Below, one piece after another: positions 20,665 through 30,000 of a stretch of 64,000 bases of DNA (within the stretch, counting starts at the first letter, position 1; the number at the start of each line of letters is the position of its first letter). The notes under the pieces are model-generated. The model ran no database searches. It saw nothing but the letters and a program-made list of their open reading frames with translations, and was not told the origin of the DNA. The position numbers and the translations under genes were made by a program. The DNA is taken from the NCBI GenBank assembly GCA_002457155.1, contig NTJS01000001.1:2534-66533 (forward strand), written 5' to 3'. Origin of the DNA: Marine Group II euryarchaeote MED-G35 (GTDB taxonomy: Archaea; Thermoplasmatota; Poseidoniia; Poseidoniales; Thalassarchaeaceae).

Positions 20665-20840
20665 TATTCATTGCCTCCCATATTATACCAGACGGAAATG
20701 GCGCCGTCTGTGCAAGGGAGTTGCGCTTCTGAATGGGGGGTGTTTAATGCTTAGTGTTGAAGTCACCATTGAGATTACTATTTTGACGAAAAAAGTGACA
20801 GTTCCATTTTCTAGAACCGCGAATAAATAAACCCTATAAT

Positions 20841-21275
20841 CTAGGATTTCATTTCTAGATCCCACTCTAGGCTGGCACCCGAACGAGTAATCATTATTCC
20901 AACGCTACAGTGCTTTTCGTGACTGCTTTCAATAAGGCGCTTAACCAGGATTTCTGGGACATCCCCCTTGACTATGTAGCGCATTCTTACCGATGTGAAA
21001 ACCTTGGGAGACTCATTTGCCCTATCAGCTTCAATCTCTATCTTGATGAACTCCACCTTTTCCTTTCTATGCTTTAGCCCATCGATTACGTCAATCAGAG
21101 AACAGGCAGCATGTCCATGTAGAACCATTTCCATGGGACTTGGAGAATCCGAACCATAAATTCCGAAGCTCTTCCCTTTGCCCGTGATTCCGACATATCC
21201 GGCCGCTTCAGTCCAAACCACTTCGCCGTTCATGACCTCTCGACACAACTCATCCCCTTGAAGGGTTGGCTTCAT
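20841..21275 (-). CDS. OsmC/Ohr-family peroxiredoxin-like protein
   Basis: 144 aa with the pattern '...[14 protein letters not shown]...KHCSVG' carrying the two conserved Cys typical of OsmC. The start could instead be the internal Met at 21233. Confidence 0.65.
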   Translation of the reverse strand: MKPTLQGDELCREVMNGEVVWTEAAGYVGITGKGKSFGIYGSDSPSPMEMVLHGHAACSLIDVIDGLKHRKEKVEFIKIEIEADRANESPKVFTSVRMRYIVKGDVPEILVKRLIESSHEKHCSVGIMITRSGASLEWDLEMKS

Positions 21276-21308
21276 CTATGCCTCTTCGGTCGGAGTATGC
21301 TGAGGGAC

Positions 21309-22538
21309 ATGTCAGACAGCGAGCGGATTTCAATTTCGGACGGGCAATTGACAGTCCCAAACAGCCCCGAAATAAACTACATCGAAGGAGACGGGATAGG
21401 CATAGATATCACCCCAGTAATGATCAATGTCGTCGACAGTGCCGTGGAAAAGGCCTATGCTAGCGGGAGAAGAATACATTGGTCGGAAGTGTTAGCAGGT
21501 CAGAAGGCATTTGATGCCACCGGCGAATGGTTGCCGGAAGAAACCAAGCAATCAATGAGCGAGGGACTCATCTCGATAAAAGGCCCACTCACGACTCCAG
21601 TAGGAGGCGGAATTAGAAGTCTCAATGTAGCGCTTCGACAGCAATTGGATTTGTTTGCTTGTGTCAGGCCTGTTCGTTGGTTCGAGGGCACGCCCAGTCC
21701 AGTCAAAGATCCAGGGGCAGTGGACATGATAATTTTCAGAGAAAACAGCGAGGACGTCTATGCCGGAATAGAGTGGGAAGCAGGTAGCGAGGACGTTCGA
21801 AAGGTCATCGATTTCCTTCAGAAGGAGATGGGCGTAGACAAAATCCGGTTCCCGGATACAGCGGGTCTGGGAATAAAGCCGATTAGCAAAGAGGGGACAG
21901 TTAGAATTGTAAGGGCAGCGATAAAGTACGCCATAGATAATGACAAGGACTCTGTCACTCTTGTTCACAAAGGCAACATAATGAAATTTACAGAAGGGGG
22001 ATTCAGAGACTGGGGATACATGCTGGCAAAGGATGAGTTCGGGGCCATCGAGATCGACGACGGGCCATGGTGCACGTTTGACAACCCCAATACTGGAACC
22101 ACGATCACTGTCAAGGATGTGATAGCCGACGCAATGCTTCAGCAGGTTCTAACACGACCAAGGGAATATGGTGTACTTGCTACAATGAACCTCAATGGTG
22201 ACTATATCTCAGATGCACTAGCTGCACAGGTAGGGGGTATAGGAATCGCACCAGGAGCCAATATCAACTACGACTCTGGAATCGCAATCTTCGAGGCAAC
22301 CCATGGGACCGCACCCAAGTACGCAGGCCAGGACAAGGTCAATCCAGGAAGCCTAATACTATCGGCAGAGATGATGCTTAGGCACATGGGATGGACAGAA
22401 GCGGCAGACCTTATTGTAAAAGGGATGGGAGGTGCGATTTCATCTAAGACGGTAACCTACGACTTCGAGAGATTGATGGATGACGCGACCCTTCTCTCAT
22501 GCTCAGATTTCGGAAATGCAGTAGTCTCTCACATGTAG
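21309..22538 (+). CDS. icd: isocitrate dehydrogenase (NADP), prokaryotic homodimeric type
   Basis: '[17 protein letters not shown]' and '[33 protein letters not shown]'. Aligns to E. coli Icd from the N-terminus onward. The ORF-track start at 21258 overlaps osmC, so I prefer the Met at 21309 (or 21297). Confidence 0.85.
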   Translation: MSDSERISISDGQLTVPNSPEINYIEGDGIGIDITPVMINVVDSAVEKAYASGRRIHWSEVLAGQKAFDATGEWLPEETKQSMSEGLISIKGPLTTPVGGGIRSLNVALRQQLDLFACVRPVRWFEGTPSPVKDPGAVDMIIFRENSEDVYAGIEWEAGSEDVRKVIDFLQKEMGVDKIRFPDTAGLGIKPISKEGTVRIVRAAIKYAIDNDKDSVTLVHKGNIMKFTEGGFRDWGYMLAKDEFGAIEIDDGPWCTFDNPNTGTTITVKDVIADAMLQQVLTRPREYGVLATMNLNGDYISDALAAQVGGIGIAPGANINYDSGIAIFEATHGTAPKYAGQDKVNPGSLILSAEMMLRHMGWTEAADLIVKGMGGAISSKTVTYDFERLMDDATLLSCSDFGNAVVSHM

Positions 22539-22548
22539 GTCCGATAAT

Positions 22549-23199
22549 ATGGACGAAGTCCGTGAAAGAATGCTCGAAATGGTAAACAAAGCGAAATCCT
22601 CTGAGCAACCCCTGTCATGGTTCGAGGACCTTTACCGACACTCGAACAGAGACAGGGGGCAGATCCCATGGGACTGGAAGGAACCACACCCATTCTTGGT
22701 AGAGTGGTCAAACAAAAACGAGGCATCAGGGAGAGCCCTAGTTGTCGGTTCAGGGTTGGGAGAGGACGCCTCTTTCCTATGGAAAAGAGGATGGTCAGTA
22801 ACAGCCTTTGATATCTCCGAAGAAGCAGTAGAGTGGGCTCGGCATTTGCACAAAGAGACTGATATTGATTGGGCCGCCGGCGACTTACTGAATCCCGAAC
22901 AAGGCTGGTTCGGTGAATTTGACTTGGTGCTGGAGGTACATATCCTGCAAGCAATCCCAGAAGAGATCAGGAAAAGAGCACTCACAAATCTAGCACCAAT
23001 GCTCGCAAGTGAGGGAAAGCTAGTCTGCATAGGGAGGCTAGCAGATGAACCGAACATACTGGAAAGTGGACCTCCATGGCCACTAACATGGGATTTTATC
23101 AATCAAATCGGTGAAGGTTTGGAAGAGGTCGAGAAACACTCTTCGTTCATCTCTGGGAAGGAAGGAAAAAGGTATCGCGCGGTTTGGAAAAACACATGA
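22549..23199 (+). CDS. class I SAM-dependent methyltransferase
   Basis: 'ALVVGSGLGEDASFLWKRGWSVTAFDISEEAV' carries the GxGxG SAM motif I plus an acidic motif II, followed by 'FDLVLEVHIL' (motif IV-like). Confidence 0.6.
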   Translation: MDEVRERMLEMVNKAKSSEQPLSWFEDLYRHSNRDRGQIPWDWKEPHPFLVEWSNKNEASGRALVVGSGLGEDASFLWKRGWSVTAFDISEEAVEWARHLHKETDIDWAAGDLLNPEQGWFGEFDLVLEVHILQAIPEEIRKRALTNLAPMLASEGKLVCIGRLADEPNILESGPPWPLTWDFINQIGEGLEEVEKHSSFISGKEGKRYRAVWKNT

Positions 23200-23251
23200 T
23201 CAACGCAAATTTCATATTAAGCATCCAAAGATTGTTGTATTTTTTCTCCGA

Positions 23252-24313
23252 CTAACGCTCAGACCACATCTGAAGCCAGGCACCAATGTTCCTGGTGATA
23301 TCATCTTCCGTTACCCCTCTATCTGCCACAACTCGGTCGTCGATAGGCTTTATCCGACACCCACATGCATTTGCATGCCCCCCTCCGTCCGAATCGAAAC
23401 GGGTTGCTAATGCAGTCAAGTCGTAAATCCCACCACTTCGATGGAGGAACGAATTGGTGTAGAATGATGCCGAGACGGGGTAATTGTCACCTTCGCCAAA
23501 CGTTGCACCCAGATCCCCATGAATCACCATGCAAGCATCACACTTGTCACCTGCCATAGCAGTAACTTGGTATCCATTTGACCGGATCCCCGTTCCATCC
23601 AACCTAACGATTGCCATCCTATCCTCAATTAGCATGTTATCTCGAATGGACGCAATGAGAACCCCCATCTCCCTCTTTTTATCGATAATAATCTCTGAAA
23701 TCTCCGAATCAGATAATATCTGATCGACAGTGACCCCCCCTTGAAGAAATTCGAGTACCTTCATCGCTATCCCCTCTCCAGCGTCGATGACTCTGCTAAG
23801 CCACAGAACAGGACTGTCTGCAAGATATTCTTCATGGGAAATCGCACCACTATCGAGTTTGTCTACCCATTCTAGAAGACTCTCAAAATCAGAGAGATCA
23901 ACTCGTTCTGAGAAAACATCGTACGCAATCCTTGCCGCCGAAGGGCTCTCTCTCCAGATTATCATCGAGTCTCCAGCATCCCCATCCGGTTTGTTAGATT
24001 GGTGGTGGTCGATACTCAGGCCACAACTACGATGCATCGGGAGGTCACAAACAGCGGTCCTGCGGTCAATCACCTCATCAAAAACTCCTGCTCTCAATTC
24101 TCCTGGATGGCCGAAGATGACATTTGCATCCGTCCACCAACGACGAAGAATGGCACCAGTAACCACTCCGTCCAGATCACTGTCCGTTACAATACGCCTA
24201 ATTTCCAGATCGAAAGGTCCCTCTGCCACATCTATGGGCAAATGACCACACCAATGGTGGTTTCGGAATTTAGAAACACGTTCACGGAAGGTTTTCATCC
24301 TCCACCGTAGCAT
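23252..24313 (-). CDS. DHH/DHHA1 phosphoesterase (NrnA/RecJ-like)
   Basis: 'VTDSDLDGVVTGAIL' (motif I), 'CDLPMH' and 'GLSIDHHQSN' (DHH), with C-terminal 'DSDGGGHANACG' (DHHA1 GGGH). Confidence 0.75.
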   Translation of the reverse strand: MLRWRMKTFRERVSKFRNHHWCGHLPIDVAEGPFDLEIRRIVTDSDLDGVVTGAILRRWWTDANVIFGHPGELRAGVFDEVIDRRTAVCDLPMHRSCGLSIDHHQSNKPDGDAGDSMIIWRESPSAARIAYDVFSERVDLSDFESLLEWVDKLDSGAISHEEYLADSPVLWLSRVIDAGEGIAMKVLEFLQGGVTVDQILSDSEISEIIIDKKREMGVLIASIRDNMLIEDRMAIVRLDGTGIRSNGYQVTAMAGDKCDACMVIHGDLGATFGEGDNYPVSASFYTNSFLHRSGGIYDLTALATRFDSDGGGHANACGCRIKPIDDRVVADRGVTEDDITRNIGAWLQMWSER

Positions 24314-24322
24314 GTTGTCGCA

Positions 24323-24757
24323 ATGCAGAGCAGACCCGGGCCCCTAGAGACCTCTTGCGGTTTCATCTTGCTAAACTTCGACAGCATTCTGCTGCTCCAG
24401 TATCCACAGGGGCATTGGAGCTTCCCTAAGGGGCACGTCGAGAAGACTGACCCAGACCATCATTCAACCGCTCTTCGCGAACTCACAGAGGAGACTGGAA
24501 TCTCGAAGGTCAGCATAGATGAGTCGTGGTGTGAAAAGACCGAGTACAAATATGTTAGAAGGGGCCGAGAGACCCCCAAGCAGGTTTTCTGGTATCTGGC
24601 CGAGACGGATGAAATTGACGTAATCCTCTCACATGAACACACCAATTATCTTTGGCTTCAGTTGGATGATGCAGAGGACTTAATCACCTTCGAACAAGAG
24701 AAGGAACTTCTCCGCTCAGCCCGGGAACACCTCCGGTCAAGCGGCCGGAATCTATGA
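24323..24757 (+). CDS. NUDIX hydrolase
   Basis: Nudix box 'GHWSFPKGHVEKTDPDHHSTALRELTEETGI'. Confidence 0.8.
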   Translation: MQSRPGPLETSCGFILLNFDSILLLQYPQGHWSFPKGHVEKTDPDHHSTALRELTEETGISKVSIDESWCEKTEYKYVRRGRETPKQVFWYLAETDEIDVILSHEHTNYLWLQLDDAEDLITFEQEKELLRSAREHLRSSGRNL

Positions 24758-25369
24758 TTCGGGCTCTCTTTTCCCAAGTGGTGTCCACAGAGTCTCACTT
24801 TCTCCAGTATTCATGGCTATCCACCGTCCTAGAACAAAAAGCCAGTCTGAGATTCTATTTAGGTAACATATCACCTCATCTCTAATCGAGCCATCGCCTT
24901 CGACATCTCTCAGACGACAAGCCTCCCTTTCCGCCCTTCTAGCCACGGTTCTAGACACATGCAGGAAAGCAACCGGGGCAGACCCCATTGGCAAGATGAA
25001 TGACTCCAGAGGAGGTAGTTCTTCAATCCAAAGATCCATCTCTTGAATCAATCGATCGCACTGTTCCATCCCAACTAGGGCCATTTGTTCCGGAAGTTTT
25101 CCAGGGCTGCAGGCACACTCTCCGCCCAAATCAAAGAGCTCCTGTTGCACCCTCATCAATGCCTCGTCTGCTTCATCGGGCCGATGGAATCTCGTAATCC
25201 CCGGCATTCTTCCGAACTCCATCCTGACCACCCCCACTTGGGAATTCAACTCGTCAATTGTCCCAAACAGTGCAACCCTGAGGCTTTCCTTCCCAACTTT
25301 CGTTCCATCGAGAAGGAACGTCTCACCTCCGTCTCCGGTCCCGGTGTGAACTCTGTTAATTCGGACCAT
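24752..25369 (-). CDS. ATP:cob(I)alamin adenosyltransferase, PduO type
   Basis: N-terminal 'RINRVHTGTGDGGETFL' corresponds to the 'IYTRTGDKGETSL' motif. The remainder is helical with 'ACRLRDVEG...YLNRISDWLFVL'. Confidence 0.8.
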   Translation of the reverse strand: MVRINRVHTGTGDGGETFLLDGTKVGKESLRVALFGTIDELNSQVGVVRMEFGRMPGITRFHRPDEADEALMRVQQELFDLGGECACSPGKLPEQMALVGMEQCDRLIQEMDLWIEELPPLESFILPMGSAPVAFLHVSRTVARRAEREACRLRDVEGDGSIRDEVICYLNRISDWLFVLGRWIAMNTGESETLWTPLGKREPES

Positions 25370-25403
25370 GGATGTCCGATGGGTTACATGCTTTCAATCG
25401 TAC

Positions 25404-26105
25404 TCAAACGGTAACTGAAGCCAAAAGACCCTCTTCTACCGCCTGAGTCCATGAAGAATCAACGGACTCCCACCCACCTAACTTCTCTAGCTCCTCAAGA
25501 CTCTCCGCTTCGTCATCGAGATTTCCAAGATGTCGATGGATAAGAACAAGAGCAGCGTGACTCATTGAATTAATCCATTGGTCCTCCACGTCCCATGACC
25601 TCTCAAAGTGAGCAATCGCACCATTGGGTCCGAGAATTAGCCCTCTGTGGACCTGCCTCAATCCCGATTTCGACCACGCTATGCCAGGAACTCCGATTAC
25701 TAGGCCTCTGAAGGCAAGGTACAACTCCACAGTCACCATTGTACTGGCTAGAAAGAACGAACCGATTTGCTCCATCTGAGTGGCAATCTCCCACCTTGAG
25801 GACAGTAGGCTAATCCCACCAACACAGAAGAGTATTCCAGCAAGAGGAGCCACGATTACGTCTGTCTTCATCACGCTCATATCCCTTATTCCAGAAACAA
25901 TGAAAACTCCTCCAAGAAAAACTGAAATCGCTGCTGGAAGATCACCCCCTACTTCTTCTGGGCTGGTGCTCGATATCCAGAGCACTAGAGCCCCAAAAAA
26001 GAGAACAATGGCAAATCTACCACCCCTTTCAGGAAAGGGTTGCAGTCTGCTTAGGTAGTAGCAATACCCACCAAGCCCGAACAGTAGAACAATCCAAAGT
26101 AGCAT
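25404..26105 (-). CDS. hypothetical 4-5 TM membrane protein
   Basis: Hydrophobic helices 'LLWIVLLFGLGGYCYYL', 'FAIVLFFGALVLWI', 'ISVFLGGVFIVSG' and 'VIVAPLAGILFCVGGISLL'. Start taken at the internal Met to avoid overlap with the upstream ORF. Confidence 0.45.
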   Translation of the reverse strand: MLLWIVLLFGLGGYCYYLSRLQPFPERGGRFAIVLFFGALVLWISSTSPEEVGGDLPAAISVFLGGVFIVSGIRDMSVMKTDVIVAPLAGILFCVGGISLLSSRWEIATQMEQIGSFFLASTMVTVELYLAFRGLVIGVPGIAWSKSGLRQVHRGLILGPNGAIAHFERSWDVEDQWINSMSHAALVLIHRHLGNLDDEAESLEELEKLGGWESVDSSWTQAVEEGLLASVTV

Positions 26106-26106
26106 C

Positions 26107-26490
26107 TCACTCCTCCACCTTGCTACCCCATCCAACCTTCCAAAAATCTTCGTTATCTAGTAATATTGACCATTCAGAATCTTGTGCATCAATCAGCAAC
26201 TTAGATCGCCTCTCTAGGCCATCGAGTAGAGACTCGTCAACTTCTCCATCAGAATGCGCCGCCCTCCATTTATTCCTGACTTCCTCGACTTCTAACTGGC
26301 CCCTATCTCTCTCGTCAAAGTTCCTCTCGCAGCACTCTCTAAGGTCCTGAATCCACATTTTTGAACTCTTGATATGCGGTTCGCTATGGAAAACCCTCTT
26401 CCTCCGGAAAGGCCACCATCCCATACTGTGGTGAACGCCTATGCTCAATGACTTGATGCTTTGTGAAGCCCTAAGTGCCCCACTCCCCAC
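26107..26490 (-). CDS. hypothetical protein
   Basis: 127-aa ORF in line with flanking genes. No motifs, and the start is uncertain. Confidence 0.3.
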   Translation of the reverse strand: MGSGALRASQSIKSLSIGVHHSMGWWPFRRKRVFHSEPHIKSSKMWIQDLRECCERNFDERDRGQLEVEEVRNKWRAAHSDGEVDESLLDGLERRSKLLIDAQDSEWSILLDNEDFWKVGWGSKVEE

Positions 26491-26498
26491 GAACCCAC

Positions 26499-26930
26499 AT
26501 GGGACGAGTCATTGTCCATCTGGACAGCACCCCGAAAGATAGGAGCATTGCTTCCATAATTAGTGGATATCAGAATAGGGTCAGATCAAGAGGGATATCA
26601 GTCCAATTTTCCGAGTCAACAGACAATAGCAAATACGAATCAGAACTCTCCAATCTATCAGGGCAACTAGTTCTTCTAGACCAGGATGGAGTCGCGATGA
26701 CCAGTGAGGAAATGGCAAATTGGCTCAAATCTGCAATAATCGACGGTAATACAACAAACATAGCAGTGGGACCTCATGATGGTTTCAGCAAGGAACTGAA
26801 AAAGTCAGCTAGCCAAACCATCTCCCTCTCTCAACTCACTCTTACCCACGAAATGGCTGCTGCTTTGCTGATGGAGCAACTATACAGGGCCTCGGAAATC
26901 AACCGAGGATCATCTTATCATAGGAATTGA
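26499..26930 (+). CDS. rlmH: 23S rRNA (pseudouridine-N3)-methyltransferase RlmH (SPOUT, YbeA family)
   Basis: The C-terminus 'ISLSQLTLTHEMAAALLMEQLYRASEINRGSSYHRN' matches the RlmH tail '...[35 protein letters not shown]'. 'NIAVGPHDGFS' matches 'LLIGGPEGLS'. Confidence 0.75.
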   Translation: MGRVIVHLDSTPKDRSIASIISGYQNRVRSRGISVQFSESTDNSKYESELSNLSGQLVLLDQDGVAMTSEEMANWLKSAIIDGNTTNIAVGPHDGFSKELKKSASQTISLSQLTLTHEMAAALLMEQLYRASEINRGSSYHRN

Positions 26931-27038
26931 CTGCCTCGAGATGATACATCGACGTCTCTGTGATACGGAACTATCCGCAGGATGCCATCCATTCATAAGC
27001 ACGTAGAATCGGGCCACGAATCTACCCGAGGGTAAGCA

Positions 27039-30000
27039 GTGATTTGCATGATTAGCAAGGAAGAGAGAAACACAAACAAGAGAATACTACCAGCGATTTC
27101 CATAATCGCACTGATGCTCCTGAGCACACAGCTCTCAATCATGCCAGAATCAGGTGATTCCCCGGAAAGAACGAGAACCGATGACACACCCAAGAGAACG
27201 GCCTACCAGCAACTCGAGCAGATTGGCGGACCAGTACAGGGAGATGGCCAAAACCAACCTGCATCCACCAATCCATTCCAAGAGGCAGCATTCCACGACC
27301 CGTTCTATAATGACCCAGCCGCTATTTACGGGAAGGTCTCGGATACCTCGGCCTTGACCCTCGATCCGAGTTACGGATTCTTCCTAGAGGAGACCAACAC
27401 AGAGGATCACGACAACGACGGTATTGACGATTTGAACGATTTGGACGACGACAACGACGGAATCAACGATCTAATCGAGAGATTCGACGGTTGTTACGGA
27501 ACAGACCCACTGGATCACGACAACGACGGCATCCAGGACGAGTTCGACTGGGACGACGACAACGACGGCATCCTCGAGGGACCCGTGGACTACTCCCAAG
27601 GAAACGATCCATGGAACGTCTCCTCGGATCGTCATGTTGACCCCACCACTATCCACCCTTGGACTGGACAGGCTGTCGGATTCAACTACCTGGTAGATCA
27701 GAACCCAATGGATCACGACAACGATGGGATCCCCGACGAAGACATCGACGGTTCCGGCAGGGGCTCCTACGACGAGGACGATGATAACGACGGGAGAATC
27801 GACCAGTTCGTCTGGCCATGCGATTTCGACTCTGATGGCATCCAGGACTATTTCGATCTGGACGATGATAACGACGGGGTAGATGACATAGACGACATCC
27901 ACCCATGGGATTCTACTCAGACATCACTCATCACCTCCGTTTCAGGCATACTTTGGGATGACTGGGAGAGATGGGATCCAGAGGATTATGGGGAATATGT
28001 GGATGGTCTCGACTACGTCGCTCTCCACGCCCTTGAGCACCCGAGGATGCAGGCATTCACAGAAATCGTCGATGGTGACCTCGACGGAGACGGAATCCCG
28101 AACTTCCTCGACCCAGACAACGACAATGACGGGGCCCCCGATTCGTCAGATACTGATGATGACAACGACGGACTCGCAGACATGTACGACGTCGATGATG
28201 ACAACGACGGAATCCCAGACTCATGCAGGCAACTCGACACGAACGGGGACGGACAGCGAGACTACCCCACGCAAGTCTTCAACGGTTCTGTTGTAGATAT
28301 CCAGACTCCCGGGACCGATTGCGAAATAGACTATGACGGGGATTTGGACGATGACAGATTCAGGTCCATTGATGCCGACTACGACATGGTGTGGGACTGG
28401 CTGGATACCGACATGGGCGGGTCTGAAAACCCTGACAATTTGATGGGCGGGTCGCAGCCATGGGACCTCGACGACGATGGCTTGGAGAACGAATTTGACC
28501 CCTACCCACTCAACTCATCGGCAGAGGTAGCCACTTGGGACTGCGCTAGCGTTTCCAACCCAAACCCCCAGAACCCCAGTGACAAATGCGTGCTCTGGAG
28601 AACCTCCTACACCGGATTCAATGACTGGGACGGAGACGGGTTGAACAATTGGGTGGACATGGACGACGACGGAGACGGAATCCTAGACTGGCTCGACATC
28701 GACCCCGACTGTGACTTGGACAACGATGCGGATCTTCACGAACTAAATGGATCAATGTACAGAGATGACGGTGCAAACGACATCGATACCGATGTGGATG
28801 GAGACGGTCTAGCGAATGACGAAGACTGGGACGACGACAACGACGGCATCAACGACTTCTACGACCCCGACGATGGAAACTGTGGGGTGGTCGACACTGA
28901 CAACACAGACAACTTCTGGGGCAACAGCTGGCCACAGAACGATGGAGACGCAATTGACGGCTCCGAGGACAGTGCCGCATACGCAGCAGTTCCCCACTAC
29001 TACTGGAACCTCACATGGGGATTCAACCCATTCAATCAGGATAACAGCTTCATGCTGGACTACAACGGGTATGACCCAACCTCGCTCGACTCAATCAGCG
29101 GAACAATCCCCGAGATGTACTGGTTCCTGATGATGAAGTGGAGCCCTTACAACGGTGGCAACTTCTTCGACATTGACGATGATGGGGACTCATTGGTGAA
29201 TGGAATTGACGTGGACCAGGATGGCGATGGGATGCCTGACTGGTGGGACCAGGACGAGGGGAACGACGGAGTTCTGGATGTAGATGATGTCAAGATGGGA
29301 GGATCGCTCGATGGCAACTCCTGTGGTACTGTAATCCTCTCAGCCGCCCAAGAGAGATTCTGTGGGCACCTCTACGGATATGCGTTCAAGGCACCACTCC
29401 TAACCCCAACACAGTCCGGAGGGCAATCCTACACAGTCCCATACAGCACAAGACCAGATGCTGAATGGGATGATGGAGCGTACGACGGCACCAATCATCC
29501 AACTGGGATGGGAAGCTGTGACATGAACTGCTTCTGGTTCACTTTCGACCCGACCAGCAACCCCTCACCGTCAGTGGCCTATACATACGTCGATATGAAG
29601 CACAACAGAGATCTCTGGATAGCATACCTCGGCGTCACTCAATTCGGATTCTTCCAATGGACTTCCGATAACAACGGCAACTTCTTCCCAGACGAGATTG
29701 CAGACGAGTTGAACGATGACGTCGACCCAGACATAGACTGCGGTCAACCGATGCCAGAGGTTTCTTGGACTCCGAATTGCATGTACAACAACACCAACGA
29801 TCTCGATGACGACTGGGACATCGTCTACGACCACTTCGACGTGGACGACGACAACGACGGCGTCTGGGACTATTTCGAGGTCGACACCAACGATGATCTC
29901 GATGACGACGCAACCGTGGAGGAACCTTACTACTTCACCGGGAGCAACTGCGAAGACAACGACGACGATGGCCTCGATACTGATCCAGATGATGATGGAA

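Noticed and set aside
21258-21308. ORF-track start of icd at 21258 overlapping osmC
   Set aside because: Alignment to characterised Icd N-termini begins at the Met at 21309/21297. The earlier start would overlap the divergent osmC coding region.
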